Shown piece by piece: positions 42,501 to 55,800 of a stretch of DNA of 64,000 nt. The first letter of the stretch is position 1; each line of letters opens with the position of its first letter. The stretch comes from Flaccisagitta enflata (Eukaryota). The stretch covers positions 18,662,001 to 18,726,000 of the forward strand of contig OZ231126.1 in NCBI GenBank assembly GCA_965153355.1. The letters are read 5' to 3'. The notes under the pieces are model-generated. The model was given only the letters and a program-made list of their open reading frames with translations, did no database searches and was not told the origin of the DNA. A program made the position numbers and the translations under genes.

Positions 42501-45500
42501 TTTTCTTTGTCTTTCTTTCATTCTCTTTATTTTTTCTTTCTTTCTTTTTCTTCTCTTCTATCTTCCCTCTTTTCTATCTTCTCCTCTTTCATTCTTTTTC
42601 CCCTTTTCTTCCTTTCGTTTGAACTCCATTTGATGCTTTATAGACAGAATCATCCTCGAATGAAACCTTTTATTTTTCTCCCTCGGCTATTTTCAGATGT
42701 TCACGGAAAAATCCGGATATGGGACACGACTCAGAAGGAGCACATTCTCAAGGCGGAATACCCTTGCATCGGTGGGCCGATCAAAGATATCGACTGGTCG
42801 CCCGATTCTCAGAAGATCGTCTGCGGCGGCGAAGGGAAAGAGAGATTCGGTGAGCCTTTGTGGGCTTGTCTTAGGCTGTTTCTATAATCTCCTTTTTGAG
42901 AGATGGCCAAATAGGTCAGTTTCAAAATTGAGAAAATTTGTCAAAAACATTCATATTCAGATAGCCCATGTCAATATGAACATGGTTCAAAAACTGAATT
43001 TTGTTACTGATCCTTGATTTTCATGTAAATTATGCTGAAATGCAACAAATAATGATCGAAAATAAGCAAAAATTGAGTTGTTAAAGTCCGCAAAACCAAA
43101 AAAATGGGAATATTTTACTAAATCACAGTTCAAGAATTCAATCAAAACCGATTCTGCTGAAAAAAAATTGAGATTTCAATTTTTTTTTGAAAATTCTCTA
43201 TAAGCAGCTTTTTTGGCTGGTTGGGCTTGTTGGCAAAAATTTACTGAATCTTTTGGCGACGATTAATTTAGGTAGGCATTCTCTGAAAGAACCACTGTGC
43301 AAAATTTCAGCCAAATCGGACAAATATTTTAGAAGTTATGCCGTTTTTTTAAATTTTTGGGTGGTAGGCTGGTTGGGCTGGTTGGGTTGGTTAGATGTGT
43401 CCCAGATGCACCAAATGCTCTGTTCGTAATAATTTCAGTACAGTATTGATCCATGCAAAAAATCTTTTGTCTCTCTCAAAGGGTTTCCAAGATATGGGCA
43501 TTTCCTGATTTTTTTGGTTTACCATTTTGCTGTAAGTGCATACATGCGCCGATAACAAAGAATTAACTACGAAGATTCATCTTGAGGCGTGATTATTCTG
43601 CAACAATTTACTGACCAATCACATTGAAAATTTCATTACGGTTGAATGCCCGGGAGTTAAGACCTGAAATTTTCAGTGTATATGCAAAATTTCATGCTCT
43701 TTCTCATCGTGTTATCCAAATTTCCATCATCAGTTTCACAATGGCGTGACAGTGACAGACTTAAAGCGTGACATGAGCGTGACAGAAGAGCTGGGGGGTG
43801 TGCAGAATAATCACGCTTGAAGAAAAGTGTCATTACGCGGGATTGGGGTGTCACAGTGGCATGAAATTTGGAGTGTATGTCCTTCAAGTATTTCTCTATT
43901 AGATAGAAACCTGAAAAGTGATTAACTTTGAGAATTTATAGTGTTTTAAAAAAAGATAATCGGCATACTCAGATTTTGCCATGAAATAGCAAAAAAATTA
44001 GAAGGATCAAAATTTGGTGATAATACAATATTTGAACAACTTAGCATTTGCGCAGTAGGATGAAATTTTTTGTACATCACATCGGAATGATGATAACTGA
44101 TTAAAAGCTGAGAAATGATCAGATAATCTATTTTTGATAGGTTTTGCTTGTTATTTGCTTGTCCGGACAAAATCCGGACATGCCAATGTGGCCAATTTGA
44201 CCTAATTTTTACTACCCCTAGGGGTAGGGGTAGTCACAAAAAATGGTTTGGCAAGGTAATCCAGGTAGTTAGGAAGGTCATCCAACTATAAAAACTTGTC
44301 ACAATGTGATAGACATTGCGGTAACACTGTTAACGTGGTGGTGAGTCGGGTTCTCTCGTCAAAAAGAGATTGTGACATTCGCCCTTAATAACTTAGTGAT
44401 TTCATTCATGATTGCTCTGTGCCATGATTTCATTCATGATTGTTCTGTGCCATGTTATTCGCATTTTCAACCTTTATTCCCGGTAATACCAGGGCGTGTC
44501 TTCTCAATGGATACCGGAACCACTGTCGGTGAGATCAGTGGACAAAGTAAAGCGCTTAATGCCGTCGCTTTCAGGTGCTTACTTCTGGTGCTCACTGTTC
44601 TAGCGCAATTCATATTGAGACATTGTTGAAGGGCCGACAATTGGCATTCTAATAAGTACAGTGGGGTTCATGGAATAACAGCCTAAACTGGAAGAAGGTA
44701 TTAAAGTGTCTCTATTTCATTTGACAAACTTGATGTTCGAAATATAAGTGGTTCAATTGATGGCTGTGTCCCTGAGTTTTTTGGTTGCTATGGAAATGAA
44801 AATTCTTTTTTTGAGCCTTGATAACAGCTAGAATATCAATATTTTGACAGATATGATCAGGGAACATTGTTCAGAATTAACTTCGCTACAACTTTCCCAT
44901 AGTATGTTCTGTAAGAATATTGCTGGCTTGGCCGTTGCTAGGGAGCATCACACATAGCAACCAGTAAATGATGCTCCCTAGCAATAGCCAAACAAGCGAT
45001 ATTCTTACAGAACATGCTGTGGGAAAGTTGTTGTAAATTTAATTTTGAGCAATGTTCCCTGATCATATCTGTCAAAATATTGATATTTTAGCGGTTATGA
45101 CTGTTCAAGAAAATAATTTCGGTTTCCGTAGCAACTCGGGGACACAAGCATTAATGGAACAACTAATATTTCAAATATCAAATCTGTCAAATGAAATTAG
45201 GACACTGAAATACCTTCCTCCAGTTTCTCCACGAACCCCACTGTAACTCTTTCTGATAAAGACTTCATATGGCGCCATAACGGTTTGAAAATAGTGTTCT
45301 TGAAAGTGTTTTTAATTTTCTTTTTGCGTCATTCTGACAACGCTCAGACCCGGTCGGCCTTTCCGAATTGCAACTGCGTCCGAGGACAACTCCATCGGTT
45401 TCTTTGAAGGACCACCTTTCAAGTTCAAGCACACCAATCAGGATCATTCACGATTTGCAACGGCCGTCAAGGTGTTTATTACGCTTCTAGCGATGTCTTT

Positions 45501-48500
45501 GTTCGTTTTAACGATGGGCAAGAAGAGGCAAACAGATTTTTACTCATGCATTTAGATGTTCCATCACTCCCATGTCTGTCTTTCTTTTCTGTTTGTCGAG
45601 CTGTTTGCTCATCTTATTGTTTGCCTGTCTTTCTGCCTGTCTGTATTTTTTTATCTGTCCGTTTCTCTCTGCTTGCCTTAGAAGAAAGAGCTTTCTCTCA
45701 CCATGTCACAAACAACTGCAATGCCTTCCCCTTTTTTTCCACTTCCCGCAAAACTTAGTTTTCTCCCGATGGCTCGGTGTTCATAAGCGCGAGTATGGAC
45801 GGCACAATCAACGTTTTCGACGGCAAAACTGGCGAGAAGACCGGATCTCTCGGATCCCCCGCTCATAAAGGAGGCATTTATGGCATTTCTTTCAACGCCG
45901 ACGGCACCAAACTGCTCAGTGGTAACTGATTCCCGGCTAATTTTATGATTTTCCATTTACCGTATTTTTTCTAAAAAGTGCCCCGGCCGCTTTTGAAATT
46001 GAAATATGACTTTGCTTTTTAACCCTCTTATTAGCGCCCCCTTTATATTATAGATGAACTGTCATGAACTGTCATTCAGCCTATCTTTTTCATGATAGGC
46101 TACCAAAATGTAAAATTTGACTCAAAATGAAGATATTCATTGCATATGTCTGTTTGAAAGTCTCTGAAAATGGCTCATTGATATGTATTATTTCATCATT
46201 TTACTTATTATTTCTGTCTAAATCTTTTCTAAAAAGTGTTACCGTATTTTTTCTAAAAAGCGCCCCCCTCCAAAAAGCGCCCCCCCTCTTTTTTTCTTAG
46301 TATAACATTTTTTAGAAAAGATTTAGACAGAAATAATAAGTAAAATGATGAAATAATACATCTCAATGAGCCATTTTCAGAGACTTTCAAACAGACATAT
46401 GCAATGAATATCTTCATTTTGAGTCAAATTCAACATTTTGGTAGCCTATCATGAAAAAGATAGGCTGAATGACAGTTCATCTACAATATAAAGGGGGCGC
46501 TAATTAGAGGGTTAAAAAGCAAAGTCATATTTCAATTTCAAAAGCTCCCAGGGCGCTTTTTAGAAAAAATACGGTATATTAAGAAAAAAAGAGGGGGGCG
46601 CTTTTTAGAAAAAATACTGTATCTTCACTCATTTGTTTCTGTGTTCCATTGTAGCAAGAACATGCAAATCGCTAACTGCCTAAAAGATCGCAGGCTATTC
46701 GTCGTGTTGATTTGTTTCTCTGCCGTCTATTTTGGAGTAACTGCAAATTTTCTGGTTTTTGTAGTTTCGGGTGACAAGACCTGCAAAGTTTGGGACGTCG
46801 CCGGGAAGGCGCTTCTCCACGATTTCCCCATGGGAACGACCACGGACGACATGCAAGTCGGCTGCTTATGGCAAGGTAACGCTATTGTATTGATACTTAT
46901 GACTAACTCGTTTATTATTTGCTTGATTTATTGATTGACTGATTTGTCCCATCTTTGTTGCAGGAAGTCATTTGGTATCCGTTTCGTTGAGTGGAAACAT
47001 CAACTACTTGGACTGTGATAATCCATCGAAGCCTTTAAAAGTTGTCACTGGCCACAACAAACCCATCACCGCTCTTTCTTGTAAGTTGAAAACGGCGCTG
47101 GATTTGAATGAGTTCTGGTTCATCCTTCGGACTGGGAGACGGGTAGATTGTATTGTTGTACTGGATTGGGACTGGTAAGTCAGCTTCTCATTCTCTCACT
47201 CATTCATTTACTCTCACGATCTCCACTTGCCTCTTTCCTTATTTCCTTTCCTAAGGCTGTGGGAATCGTTTGTTCTCGGGCTCATCCGACGGTCGTTTGG
47301 TTCATTGGGATCCCGTTACCGGGGACAACGACGTCGTCAAGGGCAAAGGACACACCAGCCAAGTGCAAATGCTCATTCCCAAAGGCCAAGATGAACTCCT
47401 TTCTATCGGCTGGGACGACCAATTGAAAGTCATCAGCTTGACGGGTCTGTTTAAGTACTCTCTAGCCGAAAGAGTTTGTCGCCTTTTAAGTTTGTTCAAC
47501 AGATCTCACAGATCTCTGTCGTCATTCTTTCCAGGTATGGAATACACCTCGTCTCAGGGCTTGGTATCTCAACCACGAGGCATCGACGTTAGCAAAGATG
47601 GATCTCTCGTTATAGTCGCCTGCATCAACCATGTAAGTCCCTGGAGAATGTAGATCCTATCTGTCAACCTTCTTTACTTTTTACTTCATCGCCGATCCTA
47701 TGCCTAGCCTTCTCTTATTTTCTTTTTCGCCCACGTAGATTGTCGTGATGGAAGATGGTAACGTCGTTAACACCGTGGCAGTGGATTACGAGCCAACGTC
47801 TGTGTCCATCCATCCGTCCAAGTCGGAATTCGCCGTTGGAGGATCCATGGATCAAATCCTTCACGTCTACGCGCTCTCGGCCGGGGGAAATTTCGAGGAG
47901 AAAAAGGTAGGATCACGCTAAGAGATTGGAAGATAAAGATGATCCTAGCAGATAAGTAGCCTTGACTTTTATCAGAGTAAAAGATATCCTTATTGGATTA
48001 AGACATTGCTATACGAGATTTAGAGATTACCATGTATTAGACAAAGATATCAAATATCATATCGTTCATATTCACAGAATTATTGTCAAAAACCTTAATT
48101 TAAATTTAGTTAGCACTTTCGATGTTCCACAGTCACTTTATCGGACAGTGATCGAGTTTGTATTTCTTCTGCCTTCGAATCTTTTTCAGACATTGAAACA
48201 CGACGGTGCCGTGACCGCAGTCGGATACTCTGGTAACGGAACTTTCCTAGCTGCCGGTGATGCCAACAGAAAGATCAAAGTTTACAATATCGCCGAGGAC
48301 TACGTCAATAAAACAGGTCAAGACTTGCAAATGTCAAATCCGCGAAGGGTATGGGTCTATGGGATCATGAGATGCATCTTTGCGGCCTTGATGAGGCGGA
48401 GTTGGCTCTGTATTGCTAGAGCGAAATGTTCTGACCATGCCATTGAATTCTTATAATGATATTTATCGCATTGTCATATTTTCATAGGCGAGTCATGGAC

Positions 48501-49108
48501 GACTCATACCGCCAAAGTTCTTTGTCTTGCATGGTGCCCGGATAATGTGAAAATTGGTAAGAGTATATGATTTATCGATGAGATTGTTCACAAGAAAAGT
48601 CTTTTAACGCATCAACGGCTCTTGCACAACACCGAAAGGGTTTGCCTTTGCTGCATACACGCATGTACGGATCAACACGCATTCGAACTAGCCTAGTCAG
48701 TATGATAGGTGGAACAATATCCCTCACACACCCTTTAGCACATGTTCAAAGACCAAAACATCCAAACGCATAACGTCAAGTCGTAATCCCGGTTTTTGCT
48801 TCTCCATTTTCAGCTACTGGAAGCATTGACACCAACGTCATCGTCTGGGATATAGAAAATATTATGAACATTACGAAGGTACGGTCAGCTGACTGCGCAT
48901 TTGTCTGATGGGTCGGTGGGTTTGTGCAACATGGGCAACATGGGCAAAATTCATCTTGCTTGTTCACATGTGTAAAATTTTCTATTTCATTTTCCAGATT
49001 GGTGGAGCTCATAGACCTTCGTCAGTGAATGCCGTGAGCTGGTTAAATGAGAATACCGTCGTTTCAACGGGCCATGACTCCAACATCAAATTCTGGCAGA
49101 TTCAATGA
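36258..49108 (+). CDS. WDR1: WD-repeat protein 1 / actin-interacting protein 1 (602 aa); exons 36258-36489, 42697-42849, 44493-44574, 45348-45471, 45759-45921, 46765-46875, 46964-47080, 47256-47444, 47535-47632, 47739-47906, 48190-48316, 48488-48556, 48814-48878, 48998-49108
   Basis: Signature segments [116 protein letters not shown]. The 14 GT-AG exons total 1809 nt in frame. Confidence 0.96.
36600..39150. repeat. Purine-rich minisatellite, ~41-bp unit GAGGAAGAGGGGGAAGGAGTGAGAATGGCGATAATGATGAT, in WDR1 intron 1
   Basis: About 60 variable units, directly visible. Confidence 0.93.
39427..39580 (-). mobile_element. Short HINE-like element; related copy at ~50490-50639
   Basis: Both copies have aacaaggccggata..cggc..ccagtcgcggacgg at one end, gtccgcgactaaaaa at the other, and (ggac/cgac) microsatellite between. 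Confidence 0.6.
40634..42483 (+). mobile_element. HINE/DINE-like element with ~160-bp repeats and a 13-mer satellite (ACAACGCCGTTTT / ACAACGCCGTTTG)
   Basis: 5' GTCCGCGAC with a nearby inverted gacgcggac, then (GTC)n, five ~155-162-bp units (40840-41620), a 13-mer array (41650-42468) and 3' GTCGCGGAC. Confidence 0.75.
44659..45243. mobile_element. Foldback MITE, TA TSD, CAGTGGGGTTC termini
   Basis: ta|CAGTGGGGTTC...GAACCCCACTG|ta; arms are complementary almost to the centre. Confidence 0.85.
45960..46619. mobile_element. Composite foldback MITE with CCGTATTTTTTCTAAAAAG termini (Tc2/pogo-like ends)
   Basis: Terminal motif present four times (45960 and 46242 forward; ending at 46574 and 46619 reverse), each next to TA. 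~270-bp inverted arms. Confidence 0.75.
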
Positions 49109-50738
49109 TATTTTCCTCGCTGATCCCAGCCAAGAACTGATTCTCCCATCGATGCTATTTTTAATCGATTCGCTTCGCAGATAACCATTTAATATAGGAT
49201 TCCGTGAGAAAAAGGTACCCATCTGATGGAAATATGAGGTAGAATCTTTTTTCAGGCGGTCCCGGTGTTTTTTATGCCATTTACATTCGAATTTTGCGTT
49301 TCACTTTCCATCCAAGACTTCTCAGCACCAAATATTATTCCCAGAGATCGTATTTGAGTCTAAGACTTGAGTTTTTTTTGAAAATTGGCGATTTTCATGT
49401 AATTTCACTTAAAAATAATGCTCAATTTTTGGTAAAAATCGTGTAGCAAATGTGTAGCACAGAAAAATACTCATTTTTTGGTGCCAGTTTTGCTTCATTT
49501 GTACCATGGGAAACGTGGAATTATCGCTATTGGCTTATTAGAGAAAGATGAAAAAAAAAATTAAGGCGATATCTTTATTTTGACGCGAAAAAGCTTGCTC
49601 AAGAGTTGCAGTATAAGTAGCACCAAAATTGCTTTCGACCCGTCAATTCTAAGTGTTTTTTCGTAATTTTTTAGAGGGGATCTGTCAAATGAATTAAAGT
49701 GATTTTTCTGTAGCAGTCCCTAGATCTAGGCCTAAAAGACCGAAGACTACCGTTGATTTGATTAACAAAATCGCCAGAAAAATTCCTTATCCGCTTTTCC
49801 GACCAGCCCTATTTCCGGCGCTTTAAGAAGACATGTTCCATTTTGTCACAAGTGTTCTTATCATGTCATATTCCGTTGTTAAGCAATCTATGTGGAATGA
49901 ACCTTCTTTATTACCTTCATTGGCATGTTTTAAACTCTGCAAAAAAAAGACAACGAAACAATTGGACGAAATGATATCAGAATTGATCATCTGACAGGAT
50001 GACCCTATTTCCGACGCTTTAAGAAACTCAGCGGAAAATAGGCAAAAGTTACCAGGGTCAATTTCAATAACTATCAGGTTGTTCAAAAGTCCGTATTTGC
50101 AAGCTCTTTGACGCATCTGAGAACTGATCCCAATGAAACATGCGTCGTCGTCGTCGTCGTCGTCGTCGTCATCGTCGTTGTCGTCGTCGTCATCGTCATC
50201 ACTATGTTTGCAAGAAGCATTTGTTTTGAACGCCTTGACTCGGAACCATGAAATTTGGTTTGGAGACACAGGAATGATAAGCTAATGCATTTTAGCGAAT
50301 ATTTGGGCTTTGATCATATAAACTGGCCAAACTGGTCCGAAAACTAGTAAAAACTAGTCGAAATTGATTAAAACGGGAGATAAACCAGAATGGCATGGGT
50401 AATCATTTTATGGTTTTGAGATTAAAGTTAAGCCATATAGATTTATATAACTCTCATGAAGAGTAGCCTAACTGGTCAAATTTGGCCTAACAAGGCCGGA
50501 TACACGGCAATCCAGTCGCGGACGGTTGGGCAGGAGCAGTAATGCGAAAACCGCTCGGAATTCAAAAATGTGACGGACCGATCTACCGACATACCGACCG
50601 ACACGGCAAGGTGTAGAGCCGCGTGTCCGCGACTAAAAAGCTAACTCTAACTCGAAGATAAAGCAATCAAGCCAGAGAGAAAACGAAGACATACCTGAAA
50701 GAGACAAACTCGCCATGGTTGTCATTCAGCAATCTGTT

Positions 50739-50741
<3 letters not shown>

Positions 50742-50822
<81 letters not shown>
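50742..50822. repeat. (CT)n microsatellite
   Basis: About 40 CT units. Confidence 0.95.
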
Positions 50823-50826
<4 letters not shown>

Positions 50827-52446
50827 CATGCGTCCTACAGGACATCGGCTCTTCGGGGCCGCTGCCCATAAAGGATGGATGGAGCGGGATAACGATTTGC
50901 AACTTTTGTTTTAACAAGGCCACGTTATGACTAATAAGTGATCCTCGCAGATAGAATTTCTGAATGGACGTCTTTGAACGAACGAACGAACAACAGAGTG
51001 AAAATAAATTTGGCGTGAAAGGTGATAAGAATGAAGAAAGACGTTAGAATCAGCCATTTTGTGCATTTCAATCGTTTGCGTGACCAACTGACTGACCGAT
51101 TGACTTACCAACAAACAGACCGACAGACATAACCTCTTGTAAAAGTTGGATCGAAGGACCCACTTAAATTTTTAGGGTTTTAAGTTAAATAGGGCTTCAT
51201 AATAATACCTACAGGAGGAAATTCTGCTTTAAGGAGCCATGCACTACCGTGCGTTTCTCTAATTTGCATAATTGAGTGAAATCTTGCATTTTCCGTTGTG
51301 CTACAATCCGCTAAGCGCCGATATCCTAAGAAATGACTTTAGGGGGTTTTAAGAAAAGATTATGGTGAGTTTAAAACGATTTCGAAAGATGAAAATTTTC
51401 CTTGTCACCTGACCGCCTGAAAAAAGATTCTACCATGAGCGACATGGTACAAATAACCTTTTTGTTTGATGAGTTAACTCATTCCTTTACCTCTTGCTGT
51501 TATGGTGAAGACATGTCTCCCTCCTTCGCCCCCTTTTCGAGAAGAGGATTTTTATTACATGAAAAAAAATGGCCCTTTACATTGTGATAATCAACCATCG
51601 AAAGAAATTTTGCCGCATATACGCGTATATTGGCGCATATTGCCACGCCATCCGTATTTATTCTTCGACTAATTTTTTACCTAGAAGTGCATGCTGTTCG
51701 TGACTGCTTACATCTTTCTTTCAAATAAATCTTTTAAAAGGAAAAAAAATCATTGAGTGATGTTTCGCTTCTTTCTATCCCTTTTCTCGTTTTTCTACGT
51801 TGGCTTTTCAGGTGTGATATCTTCCGATTTTTACACGGCTTAGATTATACTCGTTTTTAGGTGAAACCAATTGGATCATTATTTATGTTATCTTCCTTTA
51901 AAAAATATAAAAAATTGCGCTTCGCCAATTTTTGTGTTCTTTGAAAAAAAAAAAAAAACACACCACCTAATCGTCTTCTTTCGTAGATTTTATTTTAAGT
52001 GGACACACACGAAAAAAAAAAAACACTCAAGAGTTCAAACAATGGAGGGCTCGACTGTTTCGAGTTGAATATCTGTTCATTGACATTTGGGTCACCGTGT
52101 CATCCTGGCATTGCTCATTGATGGTTAGAAGTAAAAAAATTTTGACGTTGGGATCTGGGGCCAATGACGGAGGTTGAAACATCCTTACGATCTGCCTTAG
52201 AGTGACATAATTTATGTCATCATTCGTATCCGTCTATCCACCCTCGTGCGAATATCTTCAAGCGAGAGCCTACGCCTCGCATCACCTTCTGGAATCATCC
52301 CTCACCGACTCTCATCTTCATCATAGCATCCCCATCCTCCTCTTCGTCTTCATCCTCCTCTTTGTCCTCATCCTTCTCTTCGTCCCTATCCGCGCTCTAC
52401 CACCTTTCTCATCGCCTATCATCATCCTTCATTCGTACTTACCCCG

Positions 52447-52755
52447 ATGATGGCGTCGGCGTCTTCGCTTCTCGGCCTCGTCACTCAGCTTCAATCGATG
52501 GAATCCTCATTCGCATCCATTCTTTTTGAGGCTGCGATGAAGTTGTCTTCGCTCACAGACGCCAAAGTCTTTCTTATGGTCGATTCGCCCGAAGGAAGGT
52601 GTGGTCTACCTTGTACTTATATGCGCTTTTCAATCGTATCGCCTCCCAGTTGTTTCTTTCGTCATGATTTCGTCTCCTTAGTCAAAGCTTTGTCTTTTGC
52701 TCTCCCTTTCTGTATCCCTGTGTTTCCCCTAGCTGTTCGGTATCTTTTCTTTCTC

Positions 52756-52840
<85 letters not shown>

Positions 52841-55800
52841 TTTCCTTCTTCTTTCCTTCTTTCTTCCTTCCTTCTTTCCTTCCTTCTTTCTTTTTTCTTT
52901 TTCTTTTTTGTCCTTAACAGTTTTTGTCGGTGACTATGACAGTAGCAGTGACTATGAGTGTATGTGTAGTCTGTCTGTCTGTCTGTGTGTCTGTCTGTTT
53001 GTCTGATTAAAACCCTTGATATTTTTGGAACCAGACTTCAGAATTTTATGAAACTTTGCTGGTGTTGTTTTTAGGTCAATAGGAGCTTGTGCACCAATTT
53101 TCAAAAAAATTCATTAACTTTTACTACCCTTTGCCTATTATTTTTGTAGTAATATTTAGCTGGGACTTAAGCGTTTTACATAGGTAGAGGGTAGTAAAGG
53201 TTTATGAATTTTTTTTTAATTTGGTATACAAGTAGAGGGTAGTAAATAAACAACCCCTGCAAAATTCGAATTAAATCTGAAGTCTGGTTTATGAGATATT
53301 AGTTTATTTATGTAGTAGTATGTTGCTAGGACTTAGGCAATTTACATAGGCAAAGGGTAGTAAAGGTATGTGAATTTTTTTCTAATTTGATGAGCATGTA
53401 GAGGGTAGTAAATAAATAAGCCCTGCAAAATTCGAATTAAATCTGAAGTCTGGTTTATGAGATATTAGCTTATTTATATAGTAATATGTTACTATGACTT
53501 AGGCAGTTTTGTATAGCAAAGGGTAGCAAAGTTATGTGAATTCTTTTTAATTTGGTATACAAGTAAAGGATATTAATTGAAGTGCCCCTGCAAAATTCGA
53601 ATTAAATCTGAAGTCTGGTTTATAAGATATTAGCTTATTAATGTAGTAATATATTACTAGGACTTTAGCAATTTCTGTAGAGGATTGGAGTTGGAATTCT
53701 TTTACTATCTCATTTATTACATTCTGATTTTTTTTTTTTCTTTAGGTTTGCCATCATGGATTTCAAGATTCATCTTCAACTACTGTCACCATCTTCAACT
53801 ACTGTCACCATCTTCAACTACTGTCACCATCTTCAACTACTGTCACCATCTTCAACTACTGTCACCATCTTCAACTACTGTCACCATCTTCAACTACTGT
53901 CACCATCTTCAACTACTGTCACCATCTTCAACTACTGTCATCATCTTCAACTACTGTCATCATCTTCAACTACTGTCATCATCTTCAACTACTGTCATCA
54001 TCTTCAACTACTGTCATCATCTTCAACTACTGTCATCATCTTCAACTACTGTCATCATCTTCAACTACTGTCATCATCTTCAACTACTGTCATCATCTTC
54101 AACTACTGTCATCATCTTCAACTACTGTCATCATCTTCAACTGTCATCATCTTTCAACCATCATCATCTTCAACTACTGTCATCATCTTCAACTACTGTC
54201 ATCATCTTCAACTACTGTCATCATCTTCAACTACTGTCATCATCTTCAACTACTGTCATCATCTTCAACTACTGTCATCATCTTCAACTACTGTCATCAT
54301 CTTCAACTTTGAAAAAAAATTTTGAAAATTTCAAAAAAAAAAATTTTTTTTGAAAATTTTTTTTTGAATTTTTTTTTTTTTTTTTTTGAAATTTTTTTCG
54401 AAAATTTTTTATATTTTTTTTCTTATTATATATTTTTTTTGTCGTGTATCTTCTCGAGTTGCGTTTACGCGACGAGAAAGCTTCAATAATTGCAGTCCCA
54501 GTCAAGGATATTAATTGAACAGCCCCTGCAAAATTCGAATATAATCTGAAGTCTTGTTTATAAGATATTAGCTTATTAATGTAATTATATGTTACTAAAA
54601 CTTTGGCGATTTATATAGAAGATTGGAGTTCATAAATTTTTTTACTTGCACATTCATTATGTTCTGATTTCTTTTCTTTAGGTGTGCTATCATGGATATC
54701 AAGATTCATCTTCATCTGCTGTCATCATCATCCACTACTGTCATCATCATCCACTACTGTCATCATCATCGACTACTGTCATCATCATCCACTACTGTCA
54801 TCATCATCCACTACTGTCATCATCATCAACTACTGTCATCATCATCAACTACTGTCATCATCATCAACTACTGTCATCATCATCAACTACTGTCATCATC
54901 ATCAACTACTGTCATCATCATCAACTACTGTCATCATCATCAACTACTGTCATCATCATCAACTACTGTCATCATCATCAACTACTGTCATCATCATCCA
55001 CTACTGTCATCATCATCCACTACTGTCATCATCATCCACTACTGTCATCATCATCCACTACTGTCATCATCATCCACTACTGTCATCATCATCCACTACT
55101 GTCATCATCATCCACTACTGTCATCATCATCCACTACTGTCATCATCATCCACTACTGTCATCATCATCCACTACTGTCATCATCATCCACTACTGTCAT
55201 CATCATCAACAATCAATCAATCAAGCTTGCCCTTATCGGGTCATCCACTGGAAGTATTTGCTGGCCTACCTGGGCTTGTTTGAGTCTCAAAAGTAATATG
55301 TTCTGTTTCAGATAGATCGGCTCAAAGATCCCAACATTTTTGTCCCCGACGAAAAGTTTTCGTCGGTGACTATGTGATGGACCTGATCGTGTAGTCTGTT
55401 CGTTTGTTTGGCGTTTAAAACCTTCTCATATTTTTTGAACCAGACTTCAGAAGTTCATGAAACTTTACCAGTGTTATTTTTATGTCAATGGTAGCTTGTG
55501 TACCAATTTTCAGAAAAATTCATTAACTTTTACTACCCTTTGCCTATTATTTTTGTAGTAATATTTTACTGGACTTAGGCAATTTACATAAGTAAAGGGT
55601 AGTAAACCTATGTGAATTTTTTTGAAATTTGGTATACAAGTAAAGGGTACTAAATAAACAACCCCTGCAAAATTCGACTTAAATCTGAAGTCTGGTTTAT
55701 GAGATATTAGCTTATTTATGTAGTAGTATGTTGCTAGGACTTAGGCAATTTACATAGGCAAAGGATAGTAAAGGTATGTGAATTTTTTTTTTTTACACAG

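Noticed and set aside
41660-42633. [13 protein letters not shown] and [13 protein letters not shown] repeat ORFs
   Set aside because: 13-mer satellite translated through all frames.
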